Assembly: GCA_016618085.1 (NCBI GenBank)
Contig: JABLTG010000003.1
Span: 248,001-312,000, forward strand
Length of the DNA: 64,000 nucleotides
Origin: Neovahlkampfia damariscottae
Lineage: Eukaryota
Reading direction: 5' to 3'
Positions 49,710 through 62,844 of this stretch are shown piece after piece (positions within the stretch are counted from its first letter, which is position 1; each line of letters begins with the position of its first letter). The translations under genes and the position numbers were made by a program. The notes below the pieces were generated by a model. It had not been told where the DNA came from. It ran no database searches and saw nothing but the letters and a program-made list of their open reading frames with translations.

Positions 49710-50173
49710 ACTGATATTTTTCTTTTCATAATTTTTGGATTCCAAAAACAATGCAAGGTTAATTTTGTTTCAATCACTAAGCTCCAAAATTTGAAGTTGA
49801 ACTTTAACCAACTGAAGGAATATTTCACAATTTTTTTTGAAGAATACAATGTAGAATATGTTGAAAAAGTGAAAAAAAAAATCTTCCTTCTCATCTGAAT
49901 TCATATGAGGAGTAAGATTTGAGAATCAATGGAAGCATCCAAGTTTTTTCTGCAAAAACATGATATATTTCAGAAAAACAACCACATGGTCAGTGCAAAG
50001 GCTACAAGACAACAAGAAAGAAATATCAGCATTGTTACAAAAGAAATTTGGACCAAAATTTTATTATCAAACGAAGAAGCTTCTCTATGCACTCATTGAA
50101 AAAAAGATAAAAACAGGATCTATTTTGAAACAGAATTAGTATAGTTTGAAACTCAAAAAAAACAAAAATTCAT

Positions 50174-53100
50174 TCATTCATTTCTTGCAGTGCATGAACT
50201 TTCATGATTGTAAACTTCATTTCCAGTCGGGAATGCTGTGCAACACCACCAACAAAAATGCGCTCCGCATGGGCAGGTCATATGCAAACAACCACCATTT
50301 TTTTCAATAGATTTTTTGCATTTTGGGCATGGTTTAGTAAATTTCTTTTTGTAAATTTCAAAAAGGTGTGAATCTTGTTCAGATTCTTCACAACTAAAAA
50401 GTGGATGAGGTAATTTTTTACATTTCCCACAAAAAGATTTGTTACATTTTGGACAATGATGACTTTGATTCAATTGACCTTTTTGTATTTTAAAAATAGC
50501 ACAATTTGGAGTCACACATTCAATATATTCATCATTACTTCCCCAAAACACTTTTAAACCAGCTTCACAAGTTTTTTCAAATTCATTTGATGATTGAAGA
50601 TTCTTCAAATCGGTAATGGAAATTTCCGATTTGCAGTTCCCAACACAACAAGAAAGTGGGAATTTGTTGGATGATGTTTTGTCGTACTTATGAGTTGCAG
50701 ATTTGATTTGATGATTCAAACATTCTTTACAAAACAAATGACCACACATGAGTAACTGATATCCATCTTCAATTTCACAAAAACAAATTGGGCAATCATT
50801 TTCCGATTCCTCATTCATTTCAGCTATAGTTTCATTGATTTCTTCAATTGCTCCATTTAAAGATTTTTCATCACCTTGAAGGAATATTTCATTCTTGATG
50901 ATGTTAATATCGAATGAGATTAACTTATATTTCTGTTGAATTGCACTGTTGTTTTTAATGATTTTCTTAATTTTTCCTTTCCTCAATTTGATAGTCTTTG
51001 ATCCAATTTTGTTGTATTTCTCAAATAATAACTTTAAATCTTTGTCAGCTTTTTCGATTTGGTCCATTTTTCCATAAATTTTGATTTCCAAACGATGATA
51101 ATTATGTGAAAAATACACTTCACATTTTTTTTGAATTCCGATCAATTCATCTTTTCCTTGTTTTGAAAATAGAGATTGACTCAATCCATTTGGTATAACG
51201 ACAGACATTCCTTCAAAAATCTCATGAAATCTGTTAATTGCATCTTTCAAAAAAGCATCAGAATAAGCTTGAATGTTGATTGTTGCTAATTTACCAGTTG
51301 CATGTATTTTAATGCTGATGTTATTTTTGTAAATTTTTTGAAGTTCCTCTTTGTTCTTTTCAATGACACGTTTTAGAAAATTATACATATTAGTTTCAAA
51401 TTTAATAATATAAGCTGAGTCTTTTTTAACATGTAATTTAGAGTTATTGAAAACTGAATTATTCAACTTCAAACTCTTTTCAACAGAGTCAAAGTTTTTG
51501 AAATCAATTTTGACAATTCGTAAATCATTCTTTGTTGGAATAGTAATAAATTGTTCAATTGGGCCAAATTGTTCAAACAACGTGAATAGTTGTTTATATG
51601 AAACTGCAAGTTCTTCATTTTGAAAATCATTTTTTTTCACTTTCACAGTTTCAACTAATCCATATTGTGAAAAAGTAGTTTTCAAATCAATTTCATCCAT
51701 ATTCACTTTCGGAATGAAAATACTTTTTCCTTCTGAATCTTTTGGATTGAGTTTCAAAGAACCAAATCCAAATCTTTGATTTATGTATGCATTTTCAGCA
51801 TCAGTTTTGTGATAGAAATTAATGAATGCAGGACCTATTGGAGTTCCACAATACCATCTAATTTCAATAGATTTGGTTAAAATGTTCTGTGATATATCTT
51901 CAAATTGAATTTTCTTTTGCACTGAAATTGAAGTTCCATTTATGAAGAATCCATCCATTTCATTCAAAGCTTTGACTGCTGAAACTTTTGATTCATATTG
52001 AATATATCCCCAAGAAGTGTTTTTCTTTGTTGAATTGAATATTTCAATTTTCAAAATCTTTCCAAATTTTGAAAACAGTTCATCTACGTATTGCTTTTCA
52101 ATATTTAAAGGAAGGTTGAGTATTGAAATACTCACAAATTCTTCATCTAAAAGAAGGTCTGTTACCATTCCACCTCCTCCAATCAATGCTTTATATCCAT
52201 ATGCTTCAACTGGATATTCTATTGTTTCCAAAGATAGTTTCGTTTTACAGTCATCAATAATTCTTTTCAATTCAATTTTGAATTGGAAAATGTTTTTCTT
52301 TTCTGTCCAAACTGATAATTCTCCGTCCTTTATTAAACATGTACATCGATATTTTTCTTCAAATTCTTTCATTAATTTTTCTTGTTTCAAATGAGAAACG
52401 ATCAAATTTCCTAAATTGACAAATTTAATTTCTTCAATTTCTTTTTCCTTTAGTTGAATTTTGTTCAGGTATTCAGATGGAACTTCTTCTTCAATTATTT
52501 CTCTGCTGGTTTCAATCAATTCTTTGATGAAATATTGACTCGTTTTTGAGAATTGATGAAACAAAACAAATTTTGATTGTTTTTCTGAAAACATATGACT
52601 TGATGAAGGATGAACAAATGCATTGATATTTAACTTCAAAATATTATAACCTGATGAATGATGACCATTCGTCATGGATATATTTCCAAAAAATGATGCA
52701 GTTGCAGCACGAACAATTCCTTCTTCCATTTTCATCTTTTCATTTGAATTCATTTTCGTTGTCAATTTACTCTTTTTCCATAACATTAGTATTTCTTTCA
52801 TTTTTTTTTCAGCCATGGTGATTCCTTTCTTGTTGATGAAATTCTCTTTTGCCCATTTTGTTTTGTCTTTTTGAGATTTGAGTTTGAACCATTGATTAAA
52901 AACATTCAAATATGTAAAGAAATCACCACGATCGTCAATGAATGAGATTTTCTTTTTTTCAGATTTTTGATTTTCTTCTTTTGTTTTTCCTCTCCAAAAA
53001 AGTGAATTTGAAATTAAAATCATTGAAGTGATAATTACAGTTTCTCTGAATACATTATTCTTTTTACCTTCCCAAATAAATTTTGTTAGTTCAGCAGAAA

Positions 53101-55563
53101 GAGATAATTCCAACACCAATTTTCCAAATTCTGTCATTTTCATAGAATTAGGATTCACTGCTTTCAGATACACCAAAGTTTCAAATGCTTTTTCAAAAGA
53201 CTCTCTTGATGGTGCTTCTATGAAATTAAAATCCATGAAATTTTTCACTCCCATTTGTAATAAAGTCAAAATCACTTCCCCTAAATGAATTCTTTTGATT
53301 TCTGGTTGGGTGAATTCTTCCATCATTTCAAAATCATCTTCGGAGTATAAACGGTAACATATTCCTGGTCTTGTTCTTCCTGCTCTTCCCTGTCTTTGTT
53401 TTGCCGAACTTTTGGTGATGCTTTTCTTTTCTAAGATGCTCATGTTGTTTTTTGCATCAAAAAATTTCTCTTTTGCAATTCCACAGTCAATCACAAAAAT
53501 AATTCCATTAATGGTGATACTTGTTTCAGCTACATTTGTTGATAAAACAATTTTTCTTTTTCCTTTAGGTGTTGCTTCAAAAACAGATGCTTGTTCTTCA
53601 GGTGGTAATTTTCCATGGAGTGGAAAGATTAAAAGTTCTTTTTCAAATTTTCCTGAACTTATGGCAAACTTTTTTGTAGCTCTTTCAATATCTTCCACAC
53701 TTGTCAAAAATACCAAGATGTCTCCTGGAACAACTTCTTGGTTTTTTCTGTTTTCAAAATGAATATCCAAAGCTAATTGCACAGAATCATCAACATAATC
53801 ATCTTCTTTAAATGATTTGTTTCTGAAAATTGTTTGAACTGGAAATGTCCTCCCTCGTATTTTTAAAACAGGACAATTGTTGAAGTATTTTGAGAATAAA
53901 TCACGATCTAATGTTGCTGACGTGACGATCACTTTCAAGTCAATTCTTTGTTCCATAGATTTCTTGATGTACCCCAAAATCAAGTCAGTGTCGACTGATC
54001 TCATATGAGCTTCATCAATAATGATACATGAAAATCCAGGGATCTTTGTGTCTTTAATGAGATAGTGCAAAAAAGTTCTATCAGTCATATACACAATCTT
54101 TGAGTTTTTTCTAAAATTTTTATCTTCACCAACTTGATAGCCAACTACATTTCCATCAACAGACAATTGTTCTTGTGAAACACGGATTGAAAGAGAACGT
54201 GCAGCTAAAAAAATATTAATTTGAGAAATAACTTACCAACACCTCTAGGTTGCGTACAAACAATAGTTCCGTTGTCTGAATATCCGATTTCATGAAGGTA
54301 CTGAGTAATTTGTGTTGATTTGCCACTTCCTGTCTCTGCCTCAATTAATATCAATTGATTGTTTTTAACAGCTTGGAGAATTTTTGATCTGTAGGCATAA
54401 ATTGGAAGATGGTTGTCAAGTTTCATTTTCTCTTTCAATAATTTTACAATTTTCTTGTCACCAGAAAGTATCTCCGTTTTTCTAGATTGAAATTCATCAA
54501 TTTGTAATTCAAACTCTTTGATAGATGTATCAATTGTCTCTAATTCCAACAGTGTGTCGAATCCTTTTTTCGACTTTTTAATTTGTCCTTTGAGCAATTT
54601 TTTCTTGGATTCAACTAAATCATCTTTTTTTGATTCAATAACCTTCAGTGATTTCTCCAATTGTGACAATACATCTTTCAATGCAGTTTCAGCTGAATTC
54701 TTGTTTAAAATCTTAATGTCATCAAGTGTATCCAAAATAATTTTGTCTGCTTTGTCCAAAAGATTTTCATCTAGTGACTGAATTAACAAGAAATTTTTTT
54801 TAAAAATGTGAAGAAATATCACGTTTCCAAGACTTCTGAGTTGTTTCTTGAGTTTTTCAAAATTCTTTGAAACATATTCATTTTCTTCTTTTTTTAATTC
54901 AAATTTATGATGATGGATTATAATTTCTTCCATTTTTTGACGCATACTCACCAACAAATTTTTATCATCTGAACTGAATTTTATAATTAAATTGTATTTT
55001 CGAATTGGATCATTTATGACAGTAATTTTACATTTTCCTTCTGTTTGTTTTTGAATTTCTTTTGCCATTTTAACAAACTCTGATTTGAAATAAATTCCAA
55101 AGGAAATTGTTTTTTCTTCTTTATTTGAGTCACCCAATAAACTTTCCAGTTCCGAAACTGATTCAAAAGATATATCACTTCCTGCTTCAGAGATGTTATC
55201 TTCTATTTCCTTTTCTGTGTTCATTTGGGTTTGAAGTTGAATTTTGGGTTTAGTTTCTTGTTTTGTCGGAACTATTTGTTCTTCAATTTTTTTCTCCATC
55301 TTTTTTGGAATGAATGTTCGTTTAACAACTTCTTTTAGGTAAACCTTGAGTTTCTTTTGATTGAGAGTTGTTCCGTCTGCCTTTTTTTTTGCATTTGATG
55401 CTTCTTCAGAAGTAGAAAAGTTTACGAAAGCATGAGCAAGTTTTTTTTGTTGAGCTGGCATAATTTTCGTGCTGAGAACTTTCCCATATTTTTCAAATTC
55501 TTCTTTTAAGCTCTTTTCTGTGGTATCAGGATGTAGATTCTGCACGATACATGTTTTGCTCAT
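50174..55563 (-). CDS. RRM-DEAH helicase-RRM/KH-RBR E3 ligase fusion (plant DEAH11/12-like architecture)
   Basis: N-terminal [21 protein letters not shown] and QRQGRAGR; further RRMs; RING1 [18 protein letters not shown] and RING2 [20 protein letters not shown]. One intron at 54205-54236. Confidence 0.93.
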
Positions 55564-55899
55564 GGTGAAGTTTGAAGTGAATAGACCAATCAACTGAATT
55601 TATAGAAAGAAAAATGAAACTTCAATTTATCCTGTCCAAAAAGGGAAAATCATCAATGTAAAGAAATTTCAACTTTGATGATTTGGGTAGATTTTGTTCA
55701 AGAAAAATCATTTGCCTTAAAATACATTGAAAAGTTTGACAAATTTGACCTCAATTGAGTTTACAAATCTAATCAATCACTAGTAAAATCAATATTTACG
55801 TTTTTCATTGATCTCTCATTTTTTTTATTTTCAATCTTCCAGACAAAAACCAACCAATTGGAACATTCACCATTCCAATCAAAAAGAAAATCGAATACA

Positions 55900-58800
55900 A
55901 TGCTGTGGTTTCTGACAAAAATTGGGATTATTCTTTTCATCTTATATTTCATAGTTATACGGTAAAAAAAGACAATAATTCACTATTAGGTTGCTAACTC
56001 GAATTATAACAATTTTAATTTCAGCTACAACTGGATTAACTGTAGAAATTGAATATTTCTCTCCATTTTCAATTCATAAATTTTCTTTAAAAAAAAGAGG
56101 AGATGTAAGTTTTTCTTTTTTCAAACCATAAAAAAGGAGTTAAAGTTTACGTTAAATATAAACTCTGTTAAAGTTCAAATGAATTTATTGCATTTATTCT
56201 CAACAACAGAAAAATTTTTATTTATAACAGTCAATGATATCTACTTTTCAATGAAAAAACTTGAAAATCAAGAAGAAAAAAATGAAACAAAAAAACCAGA
56301 GACGAACATATCAAAATTAAAAAATCCTTTTGTTCAATATATGATTAAGAATATGGTAAAATATGTTCACATTGAAATAAGTAACGTAAATATAAAAATT
56401 GAAAACGTAAAAAAAACATTTTTAATTCAATACTTTTTAGGTTTCAAAAAATTTTTCAATGGATTTTTCACAAAACAAAATTCACATTTACTCACCAAAT
56501 ATCATTGAATCTGATAGAATTCCAATGAGATTTACATTTGATGATTTCAGATTTTCATTTGATTCAATTTCTACAAAGAGAAATTTAATAACATCAACTT
56601 TTGAATCACTTGAATTTAATTTTCTTTTTGATTTTGAAAAAATATTTATTTCCCAAAATCCGGTTTATTTATTCCATAAAAAATCAAAGAAACTTGAAAT
56701 AAAGTTGAAACTTGTAAATTTATTAAACAATTTTATTTCAACAAAAAATTTGGAAAATTTAGAACTGGAAGAGATTGTTGAAGAAGAAGAATCAAATTTA
56801 ATTCAAAATTTATTTTTTTATTTCCCAAAAGAGGTTTGAATAGATACATGACTCATCCATTTTAAAAAGACAAAATTCGATTTTGAAGATTCTATATTGA
56901 TTGTTGAAAATTCAAATATGGAATGCATAAATACAAAAGTATCAAAATTGGAAATGAATTTTCAAAATGAAAAAAAGAATCTTAGATTTCATTTTCAATT
57001 CTCAAAAATATTTTCTAATCTTTCAAATTCATCAATATTGAATATTCCATTATCAATTTTCAAAGGAAATTTAGATTCAAAAAAAGTGAAGAAAAAATAA
57101 TTAATTTTTGAATAGGAAACGGATATACCACAATTAACTATTGAATATATATTGCCTTCTTCAAAATTATCAGTTTCTGATAAATTGTTAAATTGGATTT
57201 TGACTTTAGATTTATCCAGGTAAATATTTTTATTGTTTTTTATTTTTTCAAGAAAATCAAATGAAGAAATAAAAATTGAGAGAAAAAAGAGAAACAAACC
57301 AAAATTATTTCATGTTGCTGGTTATATCGCTTTTCAAAATCTCAGTATATTGTTAGATGGAAATCAAGAAACTTTGATCACCACAAATTTGGATTTCATG
57401 GAAATTATTGTTAAAGATGTTCCTAAAGATATGAGTCATTGTTATTCTGTAGATATGAATTTAAAAGAATTGAATGTTTATGCTGCAGATCCAGAAACGT
57501 AGAAAACTTTTCTTTCTAACAAAAATTTTATTAGAAACCCTGAAAAAGGATTCACTGTTGATCAATCTGTTATTATGTGTCAATATGATCCAAAGAACAC
57601 TTATGATTCAATTGAAATCATTTGCACAATTTCCAATACAGTTTCAAGTTATCATCCAAAATTTGAAAATACATTTTTGAAATTGATAAAATTTGGAAAA
57701 TCATTGAAGTTAAAAGAATCAAAAAAGTCAAAAGTAATTGAAAAAGAACCAAAAAGTTTTATGAGTCCTAGAGGAGAGTATTATGTTCATGCACAATTCA
57801 AATTGGATATTGGAAATGCAACTTGTGTTTTATCAGATAATGAATCAAAATTAGTATTATCATCCTCATTCGGAATATCACATGACTCAAAATCAGTTAC
57901 ACAGTTTACCAGTGATAAAAATTTAATTTCATTCCATTATGCTAATTCAAGTAAGAAAGTAAACATCACTAACATCTTTAAGAAAAATTATATATCAATG
58001 AAGTACTGAAAGTTGATAAAGTTTCTTTGAAGATGTTTGTTTTTTTCAAATTTTAATTACTTTTAGTTTCAATGAACTTCCAATGAAGATTTTGTTCAAG
58101 GCTGAAACTCCAACTTTGACCTTGAATCATATTGATATTCTTCAATTGTCAAGAATTTCCAAAAATGTTGTTCAAAATATAAAATTCCCAGATTCAAATC
58201 CTCCAAATGTTGGAAATGGAGTGATCTTCAAAATTGATATTTCTGATTATACAAATGACATCACTATTAATGATGCAAAATTAATACTCTATTTTCAAAA
58301 TATCATCAGTCCAAATGTGATAAAAGGAATTGAAGTAATTAAACCAAAGGTGGAAATTGGGAAAGAAACTATTGTTCAAATTGAAAAGGTTCAAGTTCAA
58401 AATGTTATTCAAAAAAGTAGCTCATTTAAATCAATGAATCAAGCATTCAATCCAAATTTGAAGTATGAAGAGGTTTCTTTTGATTCATCTTTGATTCATG
58501 TTACAATTCAAACTCCAGAAGTTGTCTTTGCTCATGACACAAATCTAGGAATGAATTCTGATAAATTAGGAATGGGAATAAAAGGATTGACGAATATTAT
58601 TCAAAGAGAATGGAAAGACACGATATTTGTGACAAATTTCAATAGCACATCCAACACTATGGAACTTCCAATGACCAAATTGTCATTGTTTGATGTAAAA
58701 TTGGATTTTGATGATAATCCTATTGAAAAAAGTTTAGCCATTCATTTACAAATTTGGGAAGAAGAATACGTAACTTTGATTATTTTTTAATGAAAACTTT

Positions 58801-61800
58801 TAGTCACAAAGAGTCGAATTAGAGCAGATATTGATGAACAAAACTCAAGATATGAATATGAGTCAAAAGGAACTTGAAAAAATTTATCAAAAACTTTCAT
58901 TTCAAAGGTCCCAAGTGTAAGATTCTATTTTTGGTTAATTCATTCCTTTAGTTATCAAACCAAGATTTCACAGTTCAAGAAAACAAATGTTCGACCAACA
59001 GGTTTAATGTCAATAAGATTAGAACATGGAGAAGTTTTACTCTTTCAAAAGGATTGTTTGAAAACAGAAAAAGATTTAATGGCTTCAATCAATGAATATA
59101 GTACTGCTCCTTTGGTGAAAGATGGTAATGAGTTCAAAAAATTTGAAACAATTTTTGGAACAACAATTAATGGAAAATTTTACAATGCCTTTATATTTTT
59201 GAGAAATTTCCCTGATCCATTTTTAAAGGTAAAGGAAGTCTCAAGTGAAGGAAATGTTTGTTTTGCTCAATATCCAAGCAAAGAAGAAACAACGATTATC
59301 AGGAAAATAATAATTGAAAATGATGAAGAAATTGAAATAGCATTTTCTATAGAACCATTTTATATGTATTACAAAGCACATGCAAATGCTAAATTCGTTG
59401 AAATGGTTGTTGGAACTCCAATGGATCCTGTTTTTGAAGATTTAAGTATTCTAACAAGAAGAATGTCTCCAACACCACTTGATCCAAGTGAAGAGTTAGA
59501 ATGGTGGGATTGGGCAAGATTACACATGCATGGAAATTATGAAGCTTGTGTTTCTGAAGTAATTGTTCGTTTAATATTTGGATTGAACTGTTATGATCCT
59601 GTTGATTATGCTGAAGGAAGAATCAGATATGTGAATGGAACAGGATTTGCATCAAAGTATGAATTCACAATGCATGATTTATTTGTCCATCAGAATCCAA
59701 GTTTATCTTCATTTCCTTCAATCACTGAATTTCCTTATGTAGCCATCATTTTAAGATACGACTGGGTTTGTAAACAAGATCCTTTTGAACATTATTTTGA
59801 CATTAAACTACCAAAAGAATTCAGGACAGAAGAGGGAATCAAAAAATATAAAGATGAAATTATTTATGATTCATATGAGACTTGGAGATCTTCTCATGTT
59901 GATTGTGTATTTGAATGTATCATTGGAAATGAATCTACTGATTTTTGTAATAATTCTGAATCTTCAATAATGTTTGATCCTTTATCGACAGGCTGGATGG
60001 TTAAATTAATCAAATTCATGGATAATCCTCCTTTACAACTTCATTTAGGTAAATCATATAAATATATGCTACCAAGGAGAAAACAATATGATGTCATTGA
60101 TATTTCAAAATCATTTCAACTTCACTTTGTTGTGAGAAATTTGAATATATTGTTTTCCAATGGTTTGGAAGATAATAATTTGGTTAATCTTAAAATTGGA
60201 TATTTAAAATTATTCATTTATCTGTGGAGAGAAAATCTACCTGATCAAAATTTGTTAAAAATGACAAGAAAGAAGGAAGAACATCTCCCAATAAATATGA
60301 ACTGTCATTTGAAAGATATTGAAGTTTCAGTTAATAATTATTCATTAGATGATAAATTTGATCTTTCAACTGAACATCAAACAGGTAAAGAAGTTATTGT
60401 TTCTGTTGGAGATGTAAGTTATTATATGGACTCTTCCAAAGATATTATTTTGGAACCATTTGTTAAAGGAAATGAAAAAGTGTTCATTAAACAAATTACA
60501 CCTGGATTTGAGCATCAATTATTAATCAAAGATGTAAATATAATTTGGTCAGCAATTATAAGAGATGCAGTTATGATTTGGATTGATGTTGCCCAACAAT
60601 TTGCATTTGATGAATTAGAAGTTGCTCAAAGATTGACATTAACAAAAATTAAACAAAAAACGAAATCAGAAGAAATTGAAAATTCATCAAATAAAAAAGA
60701 AGAGTGTAAATCACAAGAAGAACTATTGAACCATTTAATTTCTGGAAATCCTTCTGAACCAAAAATTGCTGAATCAAAAGAAGTAGTTTTACCATTTTTT
60801 TCAGTCAAAATGATGAATGTAACAGGCATGCTAATCCCAGAAGATTCAGATGAATCGATGATTTTAAAATCAAATTCAGGAACTGTAGAAGTGAATAAAA
60901 TAACTGATAGCTCTCATGAAACACCAATAGAATCACATGAAATTCAAGCATTAATCAAAAACATGACTGGAACTTTTAAAGATACAAAGAAATTAGATTT
61001 AGATAATTTTGTGATTATTCAACAACCAATTAATGATTTGCCAATTGTGATGGAAGAATCTGATTGGATTGTTCGATTTATAATGGTTCAAGATCCAAAA
61101 TATTATTCAAAAACTAAAAAACCACAAAAACAACTTCATATTGAAGTCCCTGATTTAAAAGTACTTTTCTCATCTTCACAACTCCAAACATTAATTGATA
61201 TCATCACAAACACATTAGTCCCTAAAAAACTTGAAAGAACAGTGACATTACAAGATAGATTTGCTACAATCATGTTCAATTCAAAATTAGATCCAGATTC
61301 CTTAGGAAATTGTGGTTCAGTAATAAACAAATGTGAAACTATTAGAAAGAAAATAAGAGGACTTGAATCACAATTGAATCTATTAAGAAGAGAAGCATCT
61401 GTCAAGATTTCTTCTGAAATAGTTTCATCTATGGATAAAATTGAAATAGAACTTAAAGAACAAAAAGCATTATACCATGGAATGAATAAAACATTACAAA
61501 AGAATGTAAATCAATTATTATCAAAACAAGAAGAAGAATCTATTGTTGATATGATTATCAATATCACATTACATTCATTGAGTTATGAAATGATTGATAA
61601 AAATGGAAAATCATTCGTTGAATTTATCTTTCAATTGTTCAAAGGTTCAATCACCAAAAACAAAGATTATTCAATTTTTCATAATTACACATTACATCAA
61701 ATCATTGGTAAAAACAAACTACCAAATCCAATTTATCAAGATTTGTTAATGCCTTACATTGATTCTGATCATGATATAATTGAAGAGAATGATTATATGG

Positions 61801-62840
61801 TAAGAGTACTCGCTAATACATCCAAACCTGTTGCTGGAATCAAAGGGTATGATCATTTAGAAATTGATTTATCACCATTACATCTACAAACAACTTTTGA
61901 ATTCAATCAAAAGTTATGGAGTTATCTGTTTCCTCTTTCAAAACAAGAAAAACAAGAACAAACTTTAATTTCAACTTCAATTACACCATCAACATCTACA
62001 CAAATTTCATTAGAAAGAAGACAATCTACTACTGTTGATGAAGTTGCTCAGCAAACTTTAAATCAAATGAATAGATCATCAACATTATTGAAGTCAATTC
62101 ATCATAAAAAAACATCATCTGATCAAGAAACGAAAAGAGGATCATCCATTTTTCAAAATAGAAATGATTCATTATCTGATATTGATGAAATGAAACATAG
62201 AGCAAAAACTGTTAAAGTTTTTAATTACATTAGAATGCAAGAAGTTCAATTATTTGTTTCTTTAATGGGTGTTCCAGATTCAGAATCTCAAATTTCAAAA
62301 TATGTAAGAAATTTTGAAAAAGTTAAAATTCACATTAAACCTATTACATATAATCAAGTTGTGTTAACTTGGCAAGATTTTTTTGAAACATTAAAATATG
62401 ATATTATCAAACAATCAGTTTCATTTATTGTTCCTGAAACTGTCAAAAGTGTAACTAAATCAAAAATCACTGGAATAGCAAATATTTTAAATCCATTTTC
62501 TAAAATTTCATCAAGTGGGAATAATGTGTCTACATCAACATCTAGTGATTCAAATGAGAATAAAATTTCAAGAACCAAAAAAATACAAACTCAAATTTCA
62601 AAATCAAAAACTGTAGATTCAGCCAAAGATGCAAAATTGAAGATTTTGTTTGGTGGAAAAAAGGATAATTCTTCATCTATTTTCGATTCAAGAAAACAAT
62701 TATTTGGTTCAAAATCAGTGAATAAAACTCCATCTGAATTTGATGAAAAAATAATCAATGAAGAAGAAATTGATATTGAAGAAGAAGAAATTTCAAAAGA
62801 TTCCTATTCAGAGCTGTTTAATTCATTACAAAAAAAATAA
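55900..62840 (+). CDS. BLTP2: Bridge-like lipid transfer protein BLTP2/Hobbit/SABRE/Fmp27
   Basis: N-terminal TM; SPTPLDPSEELEWWDWARLHMHG, PVAGIKGYDHLEIDLSPLHLQ and DIDEMKHRAK..FNYIRM. About eleven short introns in the 5' part. Confidence 0.88.
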
Positions 62841-62844
62841 AAAT

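Noticed and set aside
49750..50150. Coding-like fragments downstream of the tRNA
   Set aside because: The frames are short and cannot be joined by canonical introns; no recognisable motif. ORF 49641-49898 simply runs through the tRNA.
55648..55684. Inverted repeat AATCATCAA/TTGATGATT containing a TGATGA (box C-like)
   Set aside because: No downstream CTGA box D or terminal stem; plausible by chance in AT-rich DNA.
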